A stretch of 64,000 bases of DNA, taken from assembly GCA_963813715.1 (NCBI GenBank), contig CAWFAK010000016.1:128001-192000 (forward strand). The letters run 5' to 3'. The notes under the pieces were generated by a model that was not told where the DNA came from, did no database searches, and saw only the letters and a list, made by a program, of their open reading frames with translations. This document shows, in pieces, positions 45,690-57,645 of the stretch (its first letter is position 1; the number at the start of each line of letters is the position of its first letter). A program made the position numbers and the translations under genes. The stretch comes from an uncultured Planctomycetaceae bacterium (lineage in GTDB: Bacteria > Planctomycetota > Planctomycetia > Planctomycetales > Planctomycetaceae).

Positions 45690-47315
45690 CTAGACGTTCG
45701 TCATTGCCGCCGGCGGGGCGGCTCCCTTGCCCACCGGGACGGGCTGCGGAGCGTCGTAGGTTCGGCCGGCGGGCGGACCTTGGTCGCTGTGGGCGTTGTG
45801 CAAGGCAATCTGGTAAAGCCGTTCGCCGGCCGGCGTCGGGTAATTGCCATCGATGCAGGCCTGGCACAAGCGGCCGGCCGGCTGGTCCAGACAGCGGGCG
45901 ATCGACGCCATCGGCAAGTAACGCAAACTGTCGGCACCGATGGCGGCAGCCATCTCACTCTCGATCTCGGGCGTGATCGCGTTCCCCTTCATGAACCGCG
46001 GCGCGAACAACTCCGAGACCGTCGACATGTCGATGCCGTAAAAGCACGGGGCAATGATCGGCGGGCAGGCGATCCGCACGTGGACTTCGCTCGCCCGGCC
46101 CCGCTCTCGCACCTGAGAGATCAGCGCCCGCATGGTCGTCGAACGGACGATCGTGTCCTCGACCAGCAGCACCTTCTTGCCTTCAAGCACTTCGGGCAGT
46201 GCCGTGTACTTCATCCGCACCTTGTCGGCCCGGTTCTGGCCTTCGATGAAGGTCCGGCCGACATACCGGTTGCGGATCAAGCCTTCCTGCGAGGGGACGT
46301 TGAGGCGATAGGCCATCGCGTCGGCCGCGGCCTTGGCCGTGTCGGGGACGGGAACGACGATCGTGTCGGCATCAATCGGCACCGTCTCGAGCTGTGCCAG
46401 TTCCTCGCCCAGCCGCTTGCGCGTCAGATATACGCTTCGGTCGTCGAACGTGCTGGCGACGTTGGCGAAGTAGATCCATTCGAAGAAACAGTGAGCCGTC
46501 CGCGGCGACTCGGCGAATTTCTGAATCGAGAATTCGCCGTTTTCGATAATCACGGCGTGGCCCGGAGGAACGTTCTTGATTTGCGAGTCGGAGAAGCCCA
46601 GGTGGATCAGGGCCACGCTCTCGCTGGCCGCCGCGAAGAGAGCACCGTCACGTGCGTAGCACAGGGGCCGCATCCCCAGCGGATCGCGGGCGACGAACAT
46701 GTCGCCGCACGCGTTGAGGTAGGTGATGTTATAGGCCCCGTCGAGCTTGCGAGTGAGGCGCGTCAACAGCTGGTGGAGCGAGGGCTTTTTCGTGTCCGAA
46801 AGCTCCTGCGCGATCAGGTGCAGCAGGATTTCGGTGTCGGTCTCCAGCGAGAGGTGCAACTTCGGGTTGGCGACGATCTCGCTGCGGAGCTGCGGATAGT
46901 TCGCCAGCTGGCCATTGAAGGCGAAGCTGAACCACTTGAGTTTTTCGATGTGTCGCCGCTCGAACGGTTGGGCGTAGTTGCGCCCTTCTTTGCCGCAGGT
47001 GGCGTAGCGCACGTGGCCGATGGCGGCCGGCCCGGCGCACTGGTGCATGATCGCCTCGAACTTGGCGCGGTGGTTCAGCCGAAAGACCTCGCTGACCGCT
47101 CCGACGTTTTTCCATTTGACGAGCAGCTTGTCGCGATGCGGATGGAAGGCGGCCAATCCCGCGGCCAGCTGTCCCCGGTTCTGCATGTCGACGAGCATGC
47201 CCGGAATCAACCGCGAGGCGGCGCTTCCGGGATGCCCCGCCATGAGCCGGCTGGACCCCTGGTTTGGGAGGTGATAGACCGCGGCCAGGCCGCACTCGTG
47301 ATGGAGATCGGACAT
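45690..47315 (-). CDS. purF: Amidophosphoribosyltransferase
   Basis: [50 protein letters not shown]. Confidence 0.96.
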   Translation of the reverse strand: MSDLHHECGLAAVYHLPNQGSSRLMAGHPGSAASRLIPGMLVDMQNRGQLAAGLAAFHPHRDKLLVKWKNVGAVSEVFRLNHRAKFEAIMHQCAGPAAIGHVRYATCGKEGRNYAQPFERRHIEKLKWFSFAFNGQLANYPQLRSEIVANPKLHLSLETDTEILLHLIAQELSDTKKPSLHQLLTRLTRKLDGAYNITYLNACGDMFVARDPLGMRPLCYARDGALFAAASESVALIHLGFSDSQIKNVPPGHAVIIENGEFSIQKFAESPRTAHCFFEWIYFANVASTFDDRSVYLTRKRLGEELAQLETVPIDADTIVVPVPDTAKAAADAMAYRLNVPSQEGLIRNRYVGRTFIEGQNRADKVRMKYTALPEVLEGKKVLLVEDTIVRSTTMRALISQVRERGRASEVHVRIACPPIIAPCFYGIDMSTVSELFAPRFMKGNAITPEIESEMAAAIGADSLRYLPMASIARCLDQPAGRLCQACIDGNYPTPAGERLYQIALHNAHSDQGPPAGRTYDAPQPVPVGKGAAPPAAMTNV

Positions 47316-47530
47316 CAATTGTCCTTCTAGAAACGGTTCAAATGACCGCTCTCTGGGGGCCTGCGTGCCACCCAACTGCCTCGGGCCGAATCGCCGGGAA
47401 ACGGCCGCGTCACCCTGTCACCCGGCTCCCCACAAGAGCCCGGCGGCGTAATGCAATCATAGCGTCGCCCGACCGCGGATCCAAACGCTGCGGCGGGCCG
47501 TTTTTTGGCCAAGATTTACCGCGAAATGCG

Positions 47531-48316
47531 TCAGTCCGCGTAGGTGCCGTCCTGCGTGAGCACAACACCGTCGGGAAACATCTCCTGCACGCAATTGCCG
47601 AAGATCAGCGTCTCGACGTGGCCGTCGAGAAACAGATAGTTGGCCAGTTGCGTGTGCCGGGTGGTCGCGATCCAGGGCTCGAAGATCAGCGTTCCCAGCC
47701 AAATGTCGTAATCGTCCTGCCGCGGGTCGTTCTGGCTGGGCGGCACGAACTGGGACGCGTCGCGTTCGACCCAGCAAATGAAATTCGTCAGCCCAGAGGA
47801 GTATTGCAGGCCGGCCAGCGACCACAAGCCGTATCGCCGCGTCTTGTGGCTGAGCTGCGAGTTCATGAGATAGCTGGTCCGCTGAGCGATGCCGTCGACG
47901 AGCCCCGTCGACGGATTGATGTACGGGGTCGGGTACGACGTGTCGTCGGGACAGCGATAGATTGACGCGCTGTTGACCACGATCCCCTGCTGCGCGACCG
48001 AGTTCTGCGACTCGGCCAGGCTGCCGATGAAGGGCATCAACTTGTCTTCCCAGTAAATCTCCGCGAAAGAGTCGGCCTCCGAGAATTGCGAAGCAACGTC
48101 GGCGTCGAACGGATGATGCAGGAAAAAGCGGCCGTGATTGACCTCGTAATAACTCTGCACGGCCAACCCGATCTGATGCAGGTTGGAGCGACATTGCGTG
48201 CAGCGGGCCGCTTCACGAGCCCCCTGAATTGCCGGTAACAAGAGCGCGATCAACAAGCCCATGATGGCAATCACGATCAGCAATTCGATGATGGTGAACC
48301 CACGGCGCTGATTCAT
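47531..48316 (-). CDS. DUF1559 prepilin-type N-terminal cleavage/H-X9-DG protein
   Basis: [47 protein letters not shown]. Confidence 0.93.
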   Translation of the reverse strand: MNQRRGFTIIELLIVIAIMGLLIALLLPAIQGAREAARCTQCRSNLHQIGLAVQSYYEVNHGRFFLHHPFDADVASQFSEADSFAEIYWEDKLMPFIGSLAESQNSVAQQGIVVNSASIYRCPDDTSYPTPYINPSTGLVDGIAQRTSYLMNSQLSHKTRRYGLWSLAGLQYSSGLTNFICWVERDASQFVPPSQNDPRQDDYDIWLGTLIFEPWIATTRHTQLANYLFLDGHVETLIFGNCVQEMFPDGVVLTQDGTYAD

Positions 48317-48378
48317 CGTTGTGCTCCTCGAGCCGTCACGATTTGTGGCCAAATGCGAGCAAACGGCGACCCAAACGC

Positions 48379-48461
48379 AAAAAAAGCCGCCACGGCTCGC
48401 TACGGTGTGACTGCCGGCAATCCCGAACAGTCGACCCGCCATCGCGAACCGAGGTGGCTTT
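48379..48461 (-). terminator. Long hairpin ending in U7 in the leader of the DUF1559 gene
   Basis: Minus strand GCCAC/GUGGC, CGGUUCGC/GCGAGCCG and GACUG/CAGUC pairings, then UUUUUUU. Confidence 0.5.
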
Positions 48462-48576
48462 CAAGCGTCATCGTACCCGTCGCCGTGCCAGAATCAAGAG
48501 GCAAACTCAGGCGTCTGATTCTCCGCCAAACGAACGGCGGTGGAACTTCGTACCGAAAGGGACCACCGCGAACGAA

Positions 48577-48810
48577 ATGCGACCAAAAGTGATGGTTGTC
48601 CGACAGTCACCGACAAGCCGTTGTTCCGCTCGTCACCAATGTGGAGGACGAATTCGGGGGTTCACCCTGCTAGAGTTGCTCGTCGTATTGACCGTGTCGA
48701 TCGTCATCATCGCTCTGGCAATCGACATTCGCTGGGTGAACGGACCATTCCGGTATTATCAACAGCGGTCGAGTCTCAAGAATTTTGCTCTCGCGATGCA
48801 TTCGTACCGG
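48577..48810 (+). pseudogene. Truncated DUF1559/prepilin N-terminal fragment
   Basis: RGFTLLELLVVL..SSLKNFALAMHSY, then runs antisense into pepF. Confidence 0.6.
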
Positions 48811-48822
48811 CTCGTCGTTCCG

Positions 48823-50643
48823 CTAGTTCGGCCGATTCGCCAATTCAAGGAACTGTTCGACCCGCCGTTCGACGACGTCGAGGCTGCGGTTCCAAAACGC
48901 CGGCTCGCTGAGAGCGTAGCCCAACGTGCTTTGCACGGCTTGTTCGGTCGGCATCGAACCAGTCGCCAGCAGCAGCTTTTCGTACCGCTCGGCGAACTGT
49001 CCGCCGAATTCGCCCGCGAGCGCATAGACGCCGGTCGAAAGCAAAAACCCGAACGTGTACGGGAAGTTGTAGAAGGGGAGCGAGCTGATATAGAAGTGCA
49101 GCTTCGAGATCCAGAAGTTCGGGTTCCAGCCGTCGTCGGCCAGGCCGTCGCAAAAGGCCTCTTGCTGGGCGGCCCGCATCAATTCGCCCAGTCGCGCAGC
49201 GGGCACTTCGCCGTTCGCCCGCTCGGCATGAAAGCGGTCCTCGAACACAAAGCGGGCGTGAATATTCATCAGGTACGCGACCGAGTCGGCGAGCATGCCG
49301 TCCAGGAGCACCAGCTGCTCGTCGCGCGACGCGGCCGCTTTCAGCCGTTCTTCGTTGAGCACGGCTTCGGCGAACGTGGAGGCTGTCTCCGCCAGGTTCA
49401 TCGGATAGTCCTGCAGGAAGAAGGGCCGATCCTTGAGCACGTGCGAGTGGTAGGCGTGCCCAAGCTCGTGCGCCAGCGTCGACATGCTGTCGGGCGAGTT
49501 GGTGTACGTCATGAAGATCCGCGACTCTCGCGCCGTGGGAAACCAGGTGCAAAAGCCCCCCTGTCGCTTGCCCGGGCGGTTTTCCGTCTCGATCCACCTT
49601 CCGTCGAGGGCTGCCTCGGCGAACTTGCCGAGTTTGGGTGAGAAGCCCTGAAACGTGTCGAGCACATGGCCGCAGGCGTGGTCGTACGCGAGGCTCCGTT
49701 CGCCGAGACATGCCGCCTGAGGCAGCGGCGCGTGGACGTCATACCAGGCCAGCCGATCGAGGCCGAGCAGCTGGGCCTTTTTGGCGAGATACTTGAGCAA
49801 CACTCTCTTGCGGGTGGTCACCGTCGACCACATGGCATCGAGCGTGGCCCGCGTCATCCGGTTGTAGCGCAGCGGCGCGTCGAGATGGCTGGCCAGTCCG
49901 AGTCGCTTGTAGACCGTCAGCCGCGTGCCGGCAATGTGGTTGAGCGCGTCGGCACAGGTGTCGCCGATGGCGGTCCACGACTTGTCGGCGGCGAAGAAAT
50001 TGTTTTCCCGCACGGCACGCTCCGGCGAATCGAGCGAGACCTGGCCGGGCGACTTTTCGACGACCTCGCCCCGTTCCATCACCCGCACGCGAAGCGCCCC
50101 CGAGAGGCGATCGTAGAGGCGGCCCCACGCATGAATGCCGTCCACCGCCAAGTCGGCTGCCAGACTCTCCAGCTCTTTCGGCAAACGCAGGCCGGCTCGT
50201 TGCCGCCGGTCCTGCAGGAAGAAGGCGTTTTCGGCCAGCTGGGGATGCGCGGCGCTCACGGCGGCCAAATCGTCCGGCGACAAGTCGCGTAGCGCCAACT
50301 CGACGTTGGTGGCGATTCGCTCCTTATCGGGTTCGAACGAAGCCAGCGTCGCCTCGAGCTGCTGGAATTGCTTGTTGCCCGCTTCGGCCGCGGCGTGACA
50401 GCCGATGAACGAGCTGAGATCCGACGCGGTAGCAGCGACGGCCGCATAGCGACCCAAGAATTCGCCCCACGCTCCCGCCGCCGCCGTCGAGCGTTCGAGC
50501 GCGGGTAATCGATCGGACTCGTCGGCCACCCGCGACAGCTCGCTGCGGAAACTTGCCAGCTTGCTGCTGAAGCCGTCCGTCTGCGGATGCGGCAGCAGGC
50601 TGTCGAGGTCCCAAACTTGCGAGAACTTCTGGTCGTTGGACAC
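48823..50643 (-). CDS. pepF: M3B oligoendopeptidase F
   Basis: WDLDSL, GKRQGGFC, AHELGHAYH (HExxH), AETAS, FYNFPYTFG. Confidence 0.92.
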   Translation of the reverse strand: MSNDQKFSQVWDLDSLLPHPQTDGFSSKLASFRSELSRVADESDRLPALERSTAAAGAWGEFLGRYAAVAATASDLSSFIGCHAAAEAGNKQFQQLEATLASFEPDKERIATNVELALRDLSPDDLAAVSAAHPQLAENAFFLQDRRQRAGLRLPKELESLAADLAVDGIHAWGRLYDRLSGALRVRVMERGEVVEKSPGQVSLDSPERAVRENNFFAADKSWTAIGDTCADALNHIAGTRLTVYKRLGLASHLDAPLRYNRMTRATLDAMWSTVTTRKRVLLKYLAKKAQLLGLDRLAWYDVHAPLPQAACLGERSLAYDHACGHVLDTFQGFSPKLGKFAEAALDGRWIETENRPGKRQGGFCTWFPTARESRIFMTYTNSPDSMSTLAHELGHAYHSHVLKDRPFFLQDYPMNLAETASTFAEAVLNEERLKAAASRDEQLVLLDGMLADSVAYLMNIHARFVFEDRFHAERANGEVPAARLGELMRAAQQEAFCDGLADDGWNPNFWISKLHFYISSLPFYNFPYTFGFLLSTGVYALAGEFGGQFAERYEKLLLATGSMPTEQAVQSTLGYALSEPAFWNRSLDVVERRVEQFLELANRPN

Positions 50644-50739
50644 GGTTTCCCCTGCGTTCTTCCGCAATTCGGCGGGCTCAGTCGATTACGCACGGCGGTT
50701 CGCTCGACGCCAACCGATCGATTCGCAAATTGCCCACGA

Positions 50740-50790
50740 ATAATACTGAATTCTGCCCCGTTCGCGAATGCGTGCCTGAATCGACGATTG
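50740..50790. repeat. 51-bp direct repeat, copy 1
   Basis: 41/51 identical, ungapped, to 53678-53728. Confidence 0.8.
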
Positions 50791-50838
50791 GCAACAGTCA
50801 TCGAACTCGTACGCGAGCAATCTGGACGCGGCGACGTC

Positions 50839-53512
50839 TTAAGGCCCGATCCGGGTCAGGGCATTACGAGCCGCATCACGTACCGATGAATAGGAATCGT
50901 TTTGCAGATGCGAGAGAGCGGGAATTGCTCGACTCCCCGTGCGCCCGACCTTTCCCAAAGCCTTTGCTGCAGCCACTCGTACAATGCGTTCCTGATCCGA
51001 CAGGCAGCGTGTCAGGGCCGCGACGCTCGGTTCGTCGGTTACTCCGATTAGTCCCAGGGACTCGGCTGCGGCAGCACGGATGGCGCGATGTGAGTCTCCG
51101 AGCAACTCGATTAGCCCGCCCGCCGCTGGGCGAGCAGTTTGCCCGATGAGCCCAAGTGCCATGGCGGCCCGCTGCCGGGTAAGAGGCTCCTCGTCCTTAA
51201 GTGCATTTTGCAGCGGAGTGAGCGCGGGCTCGCCGATTTTCGAGAGCGCGAGCATCGCGCGTTCGCCCGGAAAGTAGTGCGTCCCGCCATTCCCATGAAA
51301 ATCCCCACCGAGAATGTAAACTTCGTCGTCTGGGAAGCATCGCCATGAGCGCCGAGCAGGCGTGGGCGGCGGCGGGGCCGAGGCGGCCCAAGGCATCTGC
51401 GGCCATTCCTCGGTCGTCACATTGGCTTTGCCGAGTCACGTCGATCAGAGTGTCGACAGCTCTCGGGATTTTCGCTCCGACTTCGATCAGGAGTTCCGCG
51501 GTGTGCCGTCTCTTGCTCGTCTCGGACTCCGCCGCATCGAAGAACGTTCCGTCGTGACCGGGCGGCTGATAGCGGCAGCCTTCGACGAGCAGATTGATCG
51601 CGGGACGTGCGTTCCGACCCAGTCGTTTCCAAGTTTCTTCTGCCTCGTCGTGACCGCTGGCGCGAAAGATACCCGGTTCCTCTTGCAGAGCGGTTGCCAG
51701 CTCGATCACGCTGGCTGCGTCGGCTGGATCAAGCTTGACGATGGCGGCGACAATGACTGCTCGCTCTGATCGCGAAAACTCGCCCCGATTCAAGCGGATT
51801 TTCAGCAACGGAACTGCCGAGCGTGCGCGCGGCCCCAAATCGCCGACGCCCCGCGCCGGCGACGGTTGGGCCATATTCCACGGCTTCGAGGAGGATTCTG
51901 TAGAAGTCCGGGATGGTCGGGCGAGATTCGGGCCAATGTGATCGCCGCGTCCAGTCGCTGACGGGGATCCTTGAGCAATGGTGCGATCAACGGCGCAGCC
52001 ATAATCGCGTCGGGACCAAGCCGTCGAAGCACCGTGATCATTGCGGGTGGGAGCTTGTGACTGCTCGCCAATGCCGCGACTATTGCGGGCACCAGGGTCT
52101 TGAGATCCGGGTCGTTGGTGGCGAGCATTTTGAGAATCTCGTCCCCGATCGAATGACCGGTGCCGATTCCCCCGGCTGCACTGGGAAACGAGGTCCAGCC
52201 TCCCTGATCGTTCAACCGCGACGCCAGCGCTCGGAAGGCCCGATCGCCGCCCAGTTTTCCGAGGGCGTCGACCGCGGCGCCTCGGATCCAGGGCTCGGGA
52301 TCGTCGAGCAGCTTCGTCATCGCGACGACAATCCGGCCTTGCAGGTCGGGCAAATTGCCCAGCGCCTTGGCGGCATTGATCCGGACGCGTGCCTGTTTGC
52401 CGGCGAGAGCGCGCAGCAATGTGTCTGTCGACTGGGGGCCGATTTGCTGCAGGGCCGCTGCCGCGTCGTCCGAGACGCAATAATCGTGATGAGCCATCGG
52501 CATCGAAAAGGGTTCGGCCTCTTCCAGGCATTTGCCGAGCCCTTCGATCGCCGGCCGCGCCTCGGCGCCCATTCCGCCGAGGGCATGGATCGCCGCCAGC
52601 CGCACGATGGGTCGTTTCTGCTGGAGGGCGGTGATCAACATGGGGATCGCCGATTTGGCCTCCGGTCCGATCTCCCCAAGGAGGCGTCCGGCCTGGGCGA
52701 CGGGAGCATCCCATCCCCAAAACAACTCCTTGGTCTCGTCGCCATGCTGCGGCGGCCGGTAGCCGCGGATAACGTCGACGAGCGCCGACACGAGCGACTC
52801 GCCGGGCTCGTCGAGGCGCCAAAGTGCCCAGGCGGCCTCAACTCGTAGCAGAGGTGGGCCTTGTCTTAGCATGGCCCGCAGCGCCTCGAGAAGAGCCGGC
52901 CGCGGTTCGGGGCCGATCCAACCGATGGCGCGCGGCTTCGCTGCGAAAAAGTTCGGCCTCATGCGTGTCTCGCGCGATCTCGAGCAAAATGGGCACGGTG
53001 GCTCGGGCTCGCACCGAGAGTCCACAAAGCTTTCGCAGGGCTTCCAAGCGCTCGTTGAACGTGAACCCCTTGCCGCGCAATGCGGCAGATAGCGCGCGGC
53101 AGGCTGCTTCACGATCGCCAGCATTGATCCGCAACAGACAATAACCCGCTTTGGATCGGACGTGAGGATCGCCGTCGCGCAGCGCTCGCGAGATCGCCGG
53201 GATGGCGGGCGTGGCTTCACATTCGAGATCCGCAAGCCGGTTGAGAGCCCACAACTTGTTTTGTGCGGTTGAGCCGTCGACAACGTGGCCGAGAGCCGAG
53301 GCGGCTGGCCACGCCGTCCGACCGCAAAGTTCGAGGTTGCCCAGCGATTGCTCTTGGGCCTTCGGATCGTCGCCGTTGAGCCGACTAATTATCAGCTTGA
53401 GATCGCTTTCTTCCTTGACCTCGACTTCGAGCATGTCAAGGTCTTGCGCGCGGCCAGAGCCAGCGAGCGTCGCCGCCAGAATCAAGACTGCGGCGCGAAT
53501 CGTTAGCTGCAT
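50839..53512 (-). CDS. Exported HEAT (PBS-lyase-like) repeat protein (at least 3 frameshifts, ~52930, ~51900, ~51343)
   Basis: Repeats such as LGEIGPEAKSAIPML, VRLAAIHALG, VRVAAAKALG across four consecutive ORF fragments. Confidence 0.8.
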
Positions 53513-53677
53513 GAGTCGACCTTTCGCCTGGCGCCCGCGAAAAATCAGACGCAATTCGCCCTCGCAGAGTTCCTTGATTTTGAGCGGACGGTCCGCGCAC
53601 GATTTGCGAAAGTGTGAGTGGCCGTCCGGGGCGTCGACTCACGCTTCGTCATTCGGTCGACGGAAAGGGGCCCCGGT

Positions 53678-53728
53678 ATGATAGTGAATTCGGCTCCGTT
53701 CGCGAATTCTTGGATGAGTCAACGATTG
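53678..53728. repeat. 51-bp direct repeat, copy 2
   Basis: See 50740-50790; overlaps TATGAT and contains TTCGCGAA. Confidence 0.8.
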
Positions 53729-53899
53729 AGCGCAGGTATTCGTAAGAACTTTGGCTGCCGAAGAAGACTTCCCGCTTGCCAGCCTGTCGACGTCGAGTGC
53801 GGGACATGCGACGTGGTGACACCCGGGCGACGCCGGGCGACTTGACCGCCACCCTCCCCCCACTATGCTTGGGAGAGGAAAGCTGCAGGACAAAACCCA

Positions 53900-54916
53900 A
53901 TGAGCCGAGACGTCTTGGACGATATCCCGCGCGACGGCGATCAACCCGTCCTGCCGCCGATCGAGCCGCCGTCGGCCGGCTTCATCATGCAGCTGTTTGT
54001 GGTGCCGGCGCTGATCGTGCTGGCCGTCATCGTGGTGTGGGCCTTTTTCGGCAAGATCGCCGCCAGCGAGGAAGATTGGCGCGAGCTGGTCGAAGATATC
54101 CGCAACACGAACGAACACCGCCGCTGGCGGGGGGCCGACGGCCTCGCGCGACTTTTGCAAAGCGATCAACAGCTGGGCGAAAGCGGCCAACATCTCTCGT
54201 CCAATCCCGAGATCGCCAACACGTTGGTCGGTTTGTTCGACGAACAGCTCAAGCGGCACTCGCAGCGCGAAGACGATCTGAAACAGGAAGCCTTCGTGGC
54301 TCGCACGCTGGGGCTCTTGGACTCGGCGAAGGTCGTGCTACCCGCTCTCGAGCGGGGAATGCAGCCGGAGCAGGACCGTGAGGTTCGTAAGAATAGCATC
54401 GCCTCGATTGCCGTGATTGCCGGGCGGGCTTCCGAAGCCCACCATCCGATCGACAACACCGAAGTCGTCAAGGACCTGGTGACGGCGACGAGCGACTCCG
54501 ACAACCTAATCCGCGACGTAAGCACGTTCGCGCTTGGATTGATCCCGACAGACCAGTCCCGCGAGCGGCTCACCGTGCTTCTGGCCGACGCCGACCTCAA
54601 CACGCGGGTGAACGCGGCCGTGGGGCTAGCCCGGCAAAAATCGACGGCCGGTTTCCGCGTCTTCAAGGATGTCCTGCAACCGGCTGCCGGCCAGGCGACT
54701 GGTGGGGCCGCTCCGCTCGAAAATCTGCTCGCCGTCAAGAATGCTCTGCATGCCGTGAAGATCCTGGCCGGCGAATGGACGGCTCAGCAGCAGAGCGAAC
54801 TAGTCGCGCTCATCGACCCGATCAGCAAGAATCACGCAGAGCCCCGCATCCGCACCGACGCGATCGATGCGCTCGTGAGCCTGCGCGCGGGCGATCCCCA
54901 ACGCGCCTCGCGCTAG
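53900..54916 (+). CDS. Membrane-anchored HEAT repeat protein
   Basis: TM LFVVPALIVLAVIVVWAFF; IRDVSTFALG, TRVNAAVGL. Confidence 0.8.
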   Translation: MSRDVLDDIPRDGDQPVLPPIEPPSAGFIMQLFVVPALIVLAVIVVWAFFGKIAASEEDWRELVEDIRNTNEHRRWRGADGLARLLQSDQQLGESGQHLSSNPEIANTLVGLFDEQLKRHSQREDDLKQEAFVARTLGLLDSAKVVLPALERGMQPEQDREVRKNSIASIAVIAGRASEAHHPIDNTEVVKDLVTATSDSDNLIRDVSTFALGLIPTDQSRERLTVLLADADLNTRVNAAVGLARQKSTAGFRVFKDVLQPAAGQATGGAAPLENLLAVKNALHAVKILAGEWTAQQQSELVALIDPISKNHAEPRIRTDAIDALVSLRAGDPQRASR

Positions 54917-54952
54917 GGCCGCCCGCAATACGCCGAGCGGGTTGTGCCGCCG

Positions 54953-55825
54953 TCATTTCCGACGACGTTTTGCGGCCGGCTTTGTCGAAGTCGGCACGGC
55001 TGGCGCCACGCTGCCGCCCATCGAGTCGAAGTCGGCCACCAGCTGGCTCCAGTCGAAACCGGCTGGCGCCTTGTTCGTGGCCTTATTGATCCCATCCTGG
55101 CTCACAACTGTGTAAAGTTCGCCGTGCGCGGCCCGCACTGCGTACTTGGCGATGGCTGCGTCGGTGATCAGCCCTAGCATACCCCAGCTGCCGATGGTCA
55201 CGCCTTTGGCAGTGTATCCCACACCAGCGACGCAATGACCATTATCCGGATTCGGCGGCCCGGCCGCGTCCCAGACGAAGCCGGAAGATGACGGCATGGG
55301 CTTCACCCACGCGTCCGGCAATTCGAGGCCGAAATAGAGATTCTCGAACAACCATAGGGCCGTGCGATATTCGTTCGGGTCGGCCGCGTTTACCGCAAGC
55401 CAGCCGGCGATTCTGTGCGTGCTGCCCGCGGGGGCGCCGTTGTTTTCCCAGTAGTTGAGAGCGGTCTGCTCATCGCATCCCTGGTCTGTGGAGGGATCCC
55501 CGGGGACATATCCTCCGATCGCGCTGTAGAGGGTGATGATTTCGCTGTTGCTATAGAGGAACGGTTTCGTTCCCGCGTTTCCCGTTAGCACGCCGACGAC
55601 GTGCGCCATCCCGGCGATGACGCAATCGCCAAGAGTGTCGTTCTCGTAGACCTTGGAGAGTGATGAAGAGGCCGATTTGGAGTAGTCGCACGTCGGGGGC
55701 GGAGCCGGCAGGCTGCGCATCAGGTAATTGCGCAGACTGAGGCGGGGGCACCGCGCTACGGGCCGCTTTCGCCCCATCTTGAAGGCCGGTTTCGATTCGT
55801 GCACGGGTGTGCGTCGGGAAGGCAT
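54953..55825 (-). CDS. Papain-like cysteine peptidase homologue
   Basis: NDTLGDCVIAGMAH (Cys), GHCVAGVGY (His), IGSWG; GGAG RBS. Confidence 0.7.
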   Translation of the reverse strand: MPSRRTPVHESKPAFKMGRKRPVARCPRLSLRNYLMRSLPAPPPTCDYSKSASSSLSKVYENDTLGDCVIAGMAHVVGVLTGNAGTKPFLYSNSEIITLYSAIGGYVPGDPSTDQGCDEQTALNYWENNGAPAGSTHRIAGWLAVNAADPNEYRTALWLFENLYFGLELPDAWVKPMPSSSGFVWDAAGPPNPDNGHCVAGVGYTAKGVTIGSWGMLGLITDAAIAKYAVRAAHGELYTVVSQDGINKATNKAPAGFDWSQLVADFDSMGGSVAPAVPTSTKPAAKRRRK

Positions 55826-56361
55826 GGCATTCTCCATGAAGGTTAAGGCGGCCTTCGCCTTTTGAGCGAAAGCAGACAACGGGAGCCGATGGCGGCTCTT
55901 TACGCTCTTGAAGGCTTCGACGAGATTGCGCAGAGTGGCCGGGTTCGCCAGCCGAGGTCCCATCGAGACCTGAGCCGGGATTTTGAGATGGGGTTTCCGA
56001 CGCCGTGTGGTGCCGCCGGTTAAACGCCCACAGTAACGCGAGCCGAGTGCTGAATCAAAGAGTTTCTTCGCGACGTCGCGCCGAACGACCGACTGGCGGC
56101 CGGTCGGACCGAAACTCGCGTATCCCTCTTGACACTCGTGAGCCGCGGATCAGCCTCCGGACTTCTGCGCCTGCAGCAGGCCTCGCACCGCTATTCGGCC
56201 GCGAAAAAAACTGGTGGGCTGCGGTCTCGGCGGCTTCTTCCGCCTTTGTCGCGCGGTCAGAGTGCGCGACCCCCAGCCTGGGTGCGCACCAAGCGGCGTC
56301 CGTGCGATCCCATCCGCCGCACAGCCGCTTCAATCGCGCTGCGCCGAGGCTTCGCTGCAGT

Positions 56362-57645
56362 TCAGGCGGCGGCCGAATCGTCCCGCGGGAAGAGCTTGGC
56401 CACGCCGCGGACAATCTCGGGCGTCACGACGTACTTGCGGCCCTGTTCTTCATCCGGCAGTGCGTACATCACGTCGAACAGCAGTTCGTCGACCACGCTC
56501 CGCAGGCCGCGGGCGCCCGTGTTCTTGGTCTTGGCGATCCGAGCGATCTCGGTGAGCGCCTCGGGCATGAACTCCAGCTCGGCGCTCTCCATCTCGAAGA
56601 ACTTCTTGTACTGCTTGACGAGCGAGTTCTTCGGATCGGTGAGGATGTGCACCAAGTCGTCGAGCTCCAGCGGCTGCAGCGGGCTGATGACCGGCAGACG
56701 GCCCACCAACTCGGGGATCATGCCGAATTCCAGGATGTCGTCGACCGCCACCTGGTTCAGCAGGCTGTGCTGGCGTTTCTCTGCCGAATTGACTCCCGCC
56801 TCCTGGCCGAAGCCGATCATCTTGCGGCCCATCCGCTTGCCGATGATCTCTTCCAGGCCCACGAACGTGCCGCCGCAGATGAACAGGATGTTCGTGGTGT
56901 CGACCTGAATGTACTGCTGCTCGGGGTGCTTGCGGCCGCCTTGGGGAGGCACGTTGGCGACCGTTCCCTCGAGCATCTTCAAGAGGGCCTGCTGCACGCC
57001 CTCGCCCGACACGTCCCGCGTGATGGAGACGTTCTGGCTCGTCTTTCCGATTTTGTCGATTTCGTCGATGAAGACGATGCCCCGCTGGGCCGCTTCGATA
57101 TCGAAGTCGGCCGCGTGCAACAGCTTAAGGAGCAGGTTCTCGACATCCTCGCCCACGTACCCGGCCTCGGTGAGGGTGGTGGCGTCGCCGATGGCGAAAG
57201 GCACCTGCAGGTACTTGGCCAGGGTCTTGGCGAGCAGGGTCTTGCCGCAGCCGGTGGGGCCGATCAGCAAGATGTTCGACTTTTCGATTTCGACGTCGTT
57301 CTCGACGTCCTCGTGCAGCATCAACCGCTTGTAGTGGTTGTGCACGGCGACGGCCAGAATCTTCTTGGAGATCGACTGGCCAATCACGTATTGATCGAGA
57401 TGGTTGACGATCTGGCGGGGAGTCGGAACGTTGGTGAAGAGTTTTTTGGGCGTGCCGCGTCGGCGCCGCTCCTGATCGAGGATCGACTGGCAGAGGTCGA
57501 TGCACTCGCCGCAAATGTAGACGTCTTCGGGACCCTCAACGAGCGGTCCGACGTCGCGGTAACTCTTGCGGCAGAAGGAGCAGTTGGCGTTCTTCTTGCC
57601 GGGTACGTTGCGCTTCCCAGAAGTGAAATCTTTACCGGAGGGCAT
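56362..57645 (-). CDS. clpX: Clp protease ATP-binding subunit
   Basis: CSFC..CGEC Zn finger, [25 protein letters not shown] loop, GARGLR. Confidence 0.98.
   Translation of the reverse strand: MPSGKDFTSGKRNVPGKKNANCSFCRKSYRDVGPLVEGPEDVYICGECIDLCQSILDQERRRRGTPKKLFTNVPTPRQIVNHLDQYVIGQSISKKILAVAVHNHYKRLMLHEDVENDVEIEKSNILLIGPTGCGKTLLAKTLAKYLQVPFAIGDATTLTEAGYVGEDVENLLLKLLHAADFDIEAAQRGIVFIDEIDKIGKTSQNVSITRDVSGEGVQQALLKMLEGTVANVPPQGGRKHPEQQYIQVDTTNILFICGGTFVGLEEIIGKRMGRKMIGFGQEAGVNSAEKRQHSLLNQVAVDDILEFGMIPELVGRLPVISPLQPLELDDLVHILTDPKNSLVKQYKKFFEMESAELEFMPEALTEIARIAKTKNTGARGLRSVVDELLFDVMYALPDEEQGRKYVVTPEIVRGVAKLFPRDDSAAA

Noticed and set aside
47316..47530. ZTP or purine riboswitch before purF
   Set aside because: No GACUGGCG/CGCCUGGG pseudoknot motifs and no purine aptamer core.
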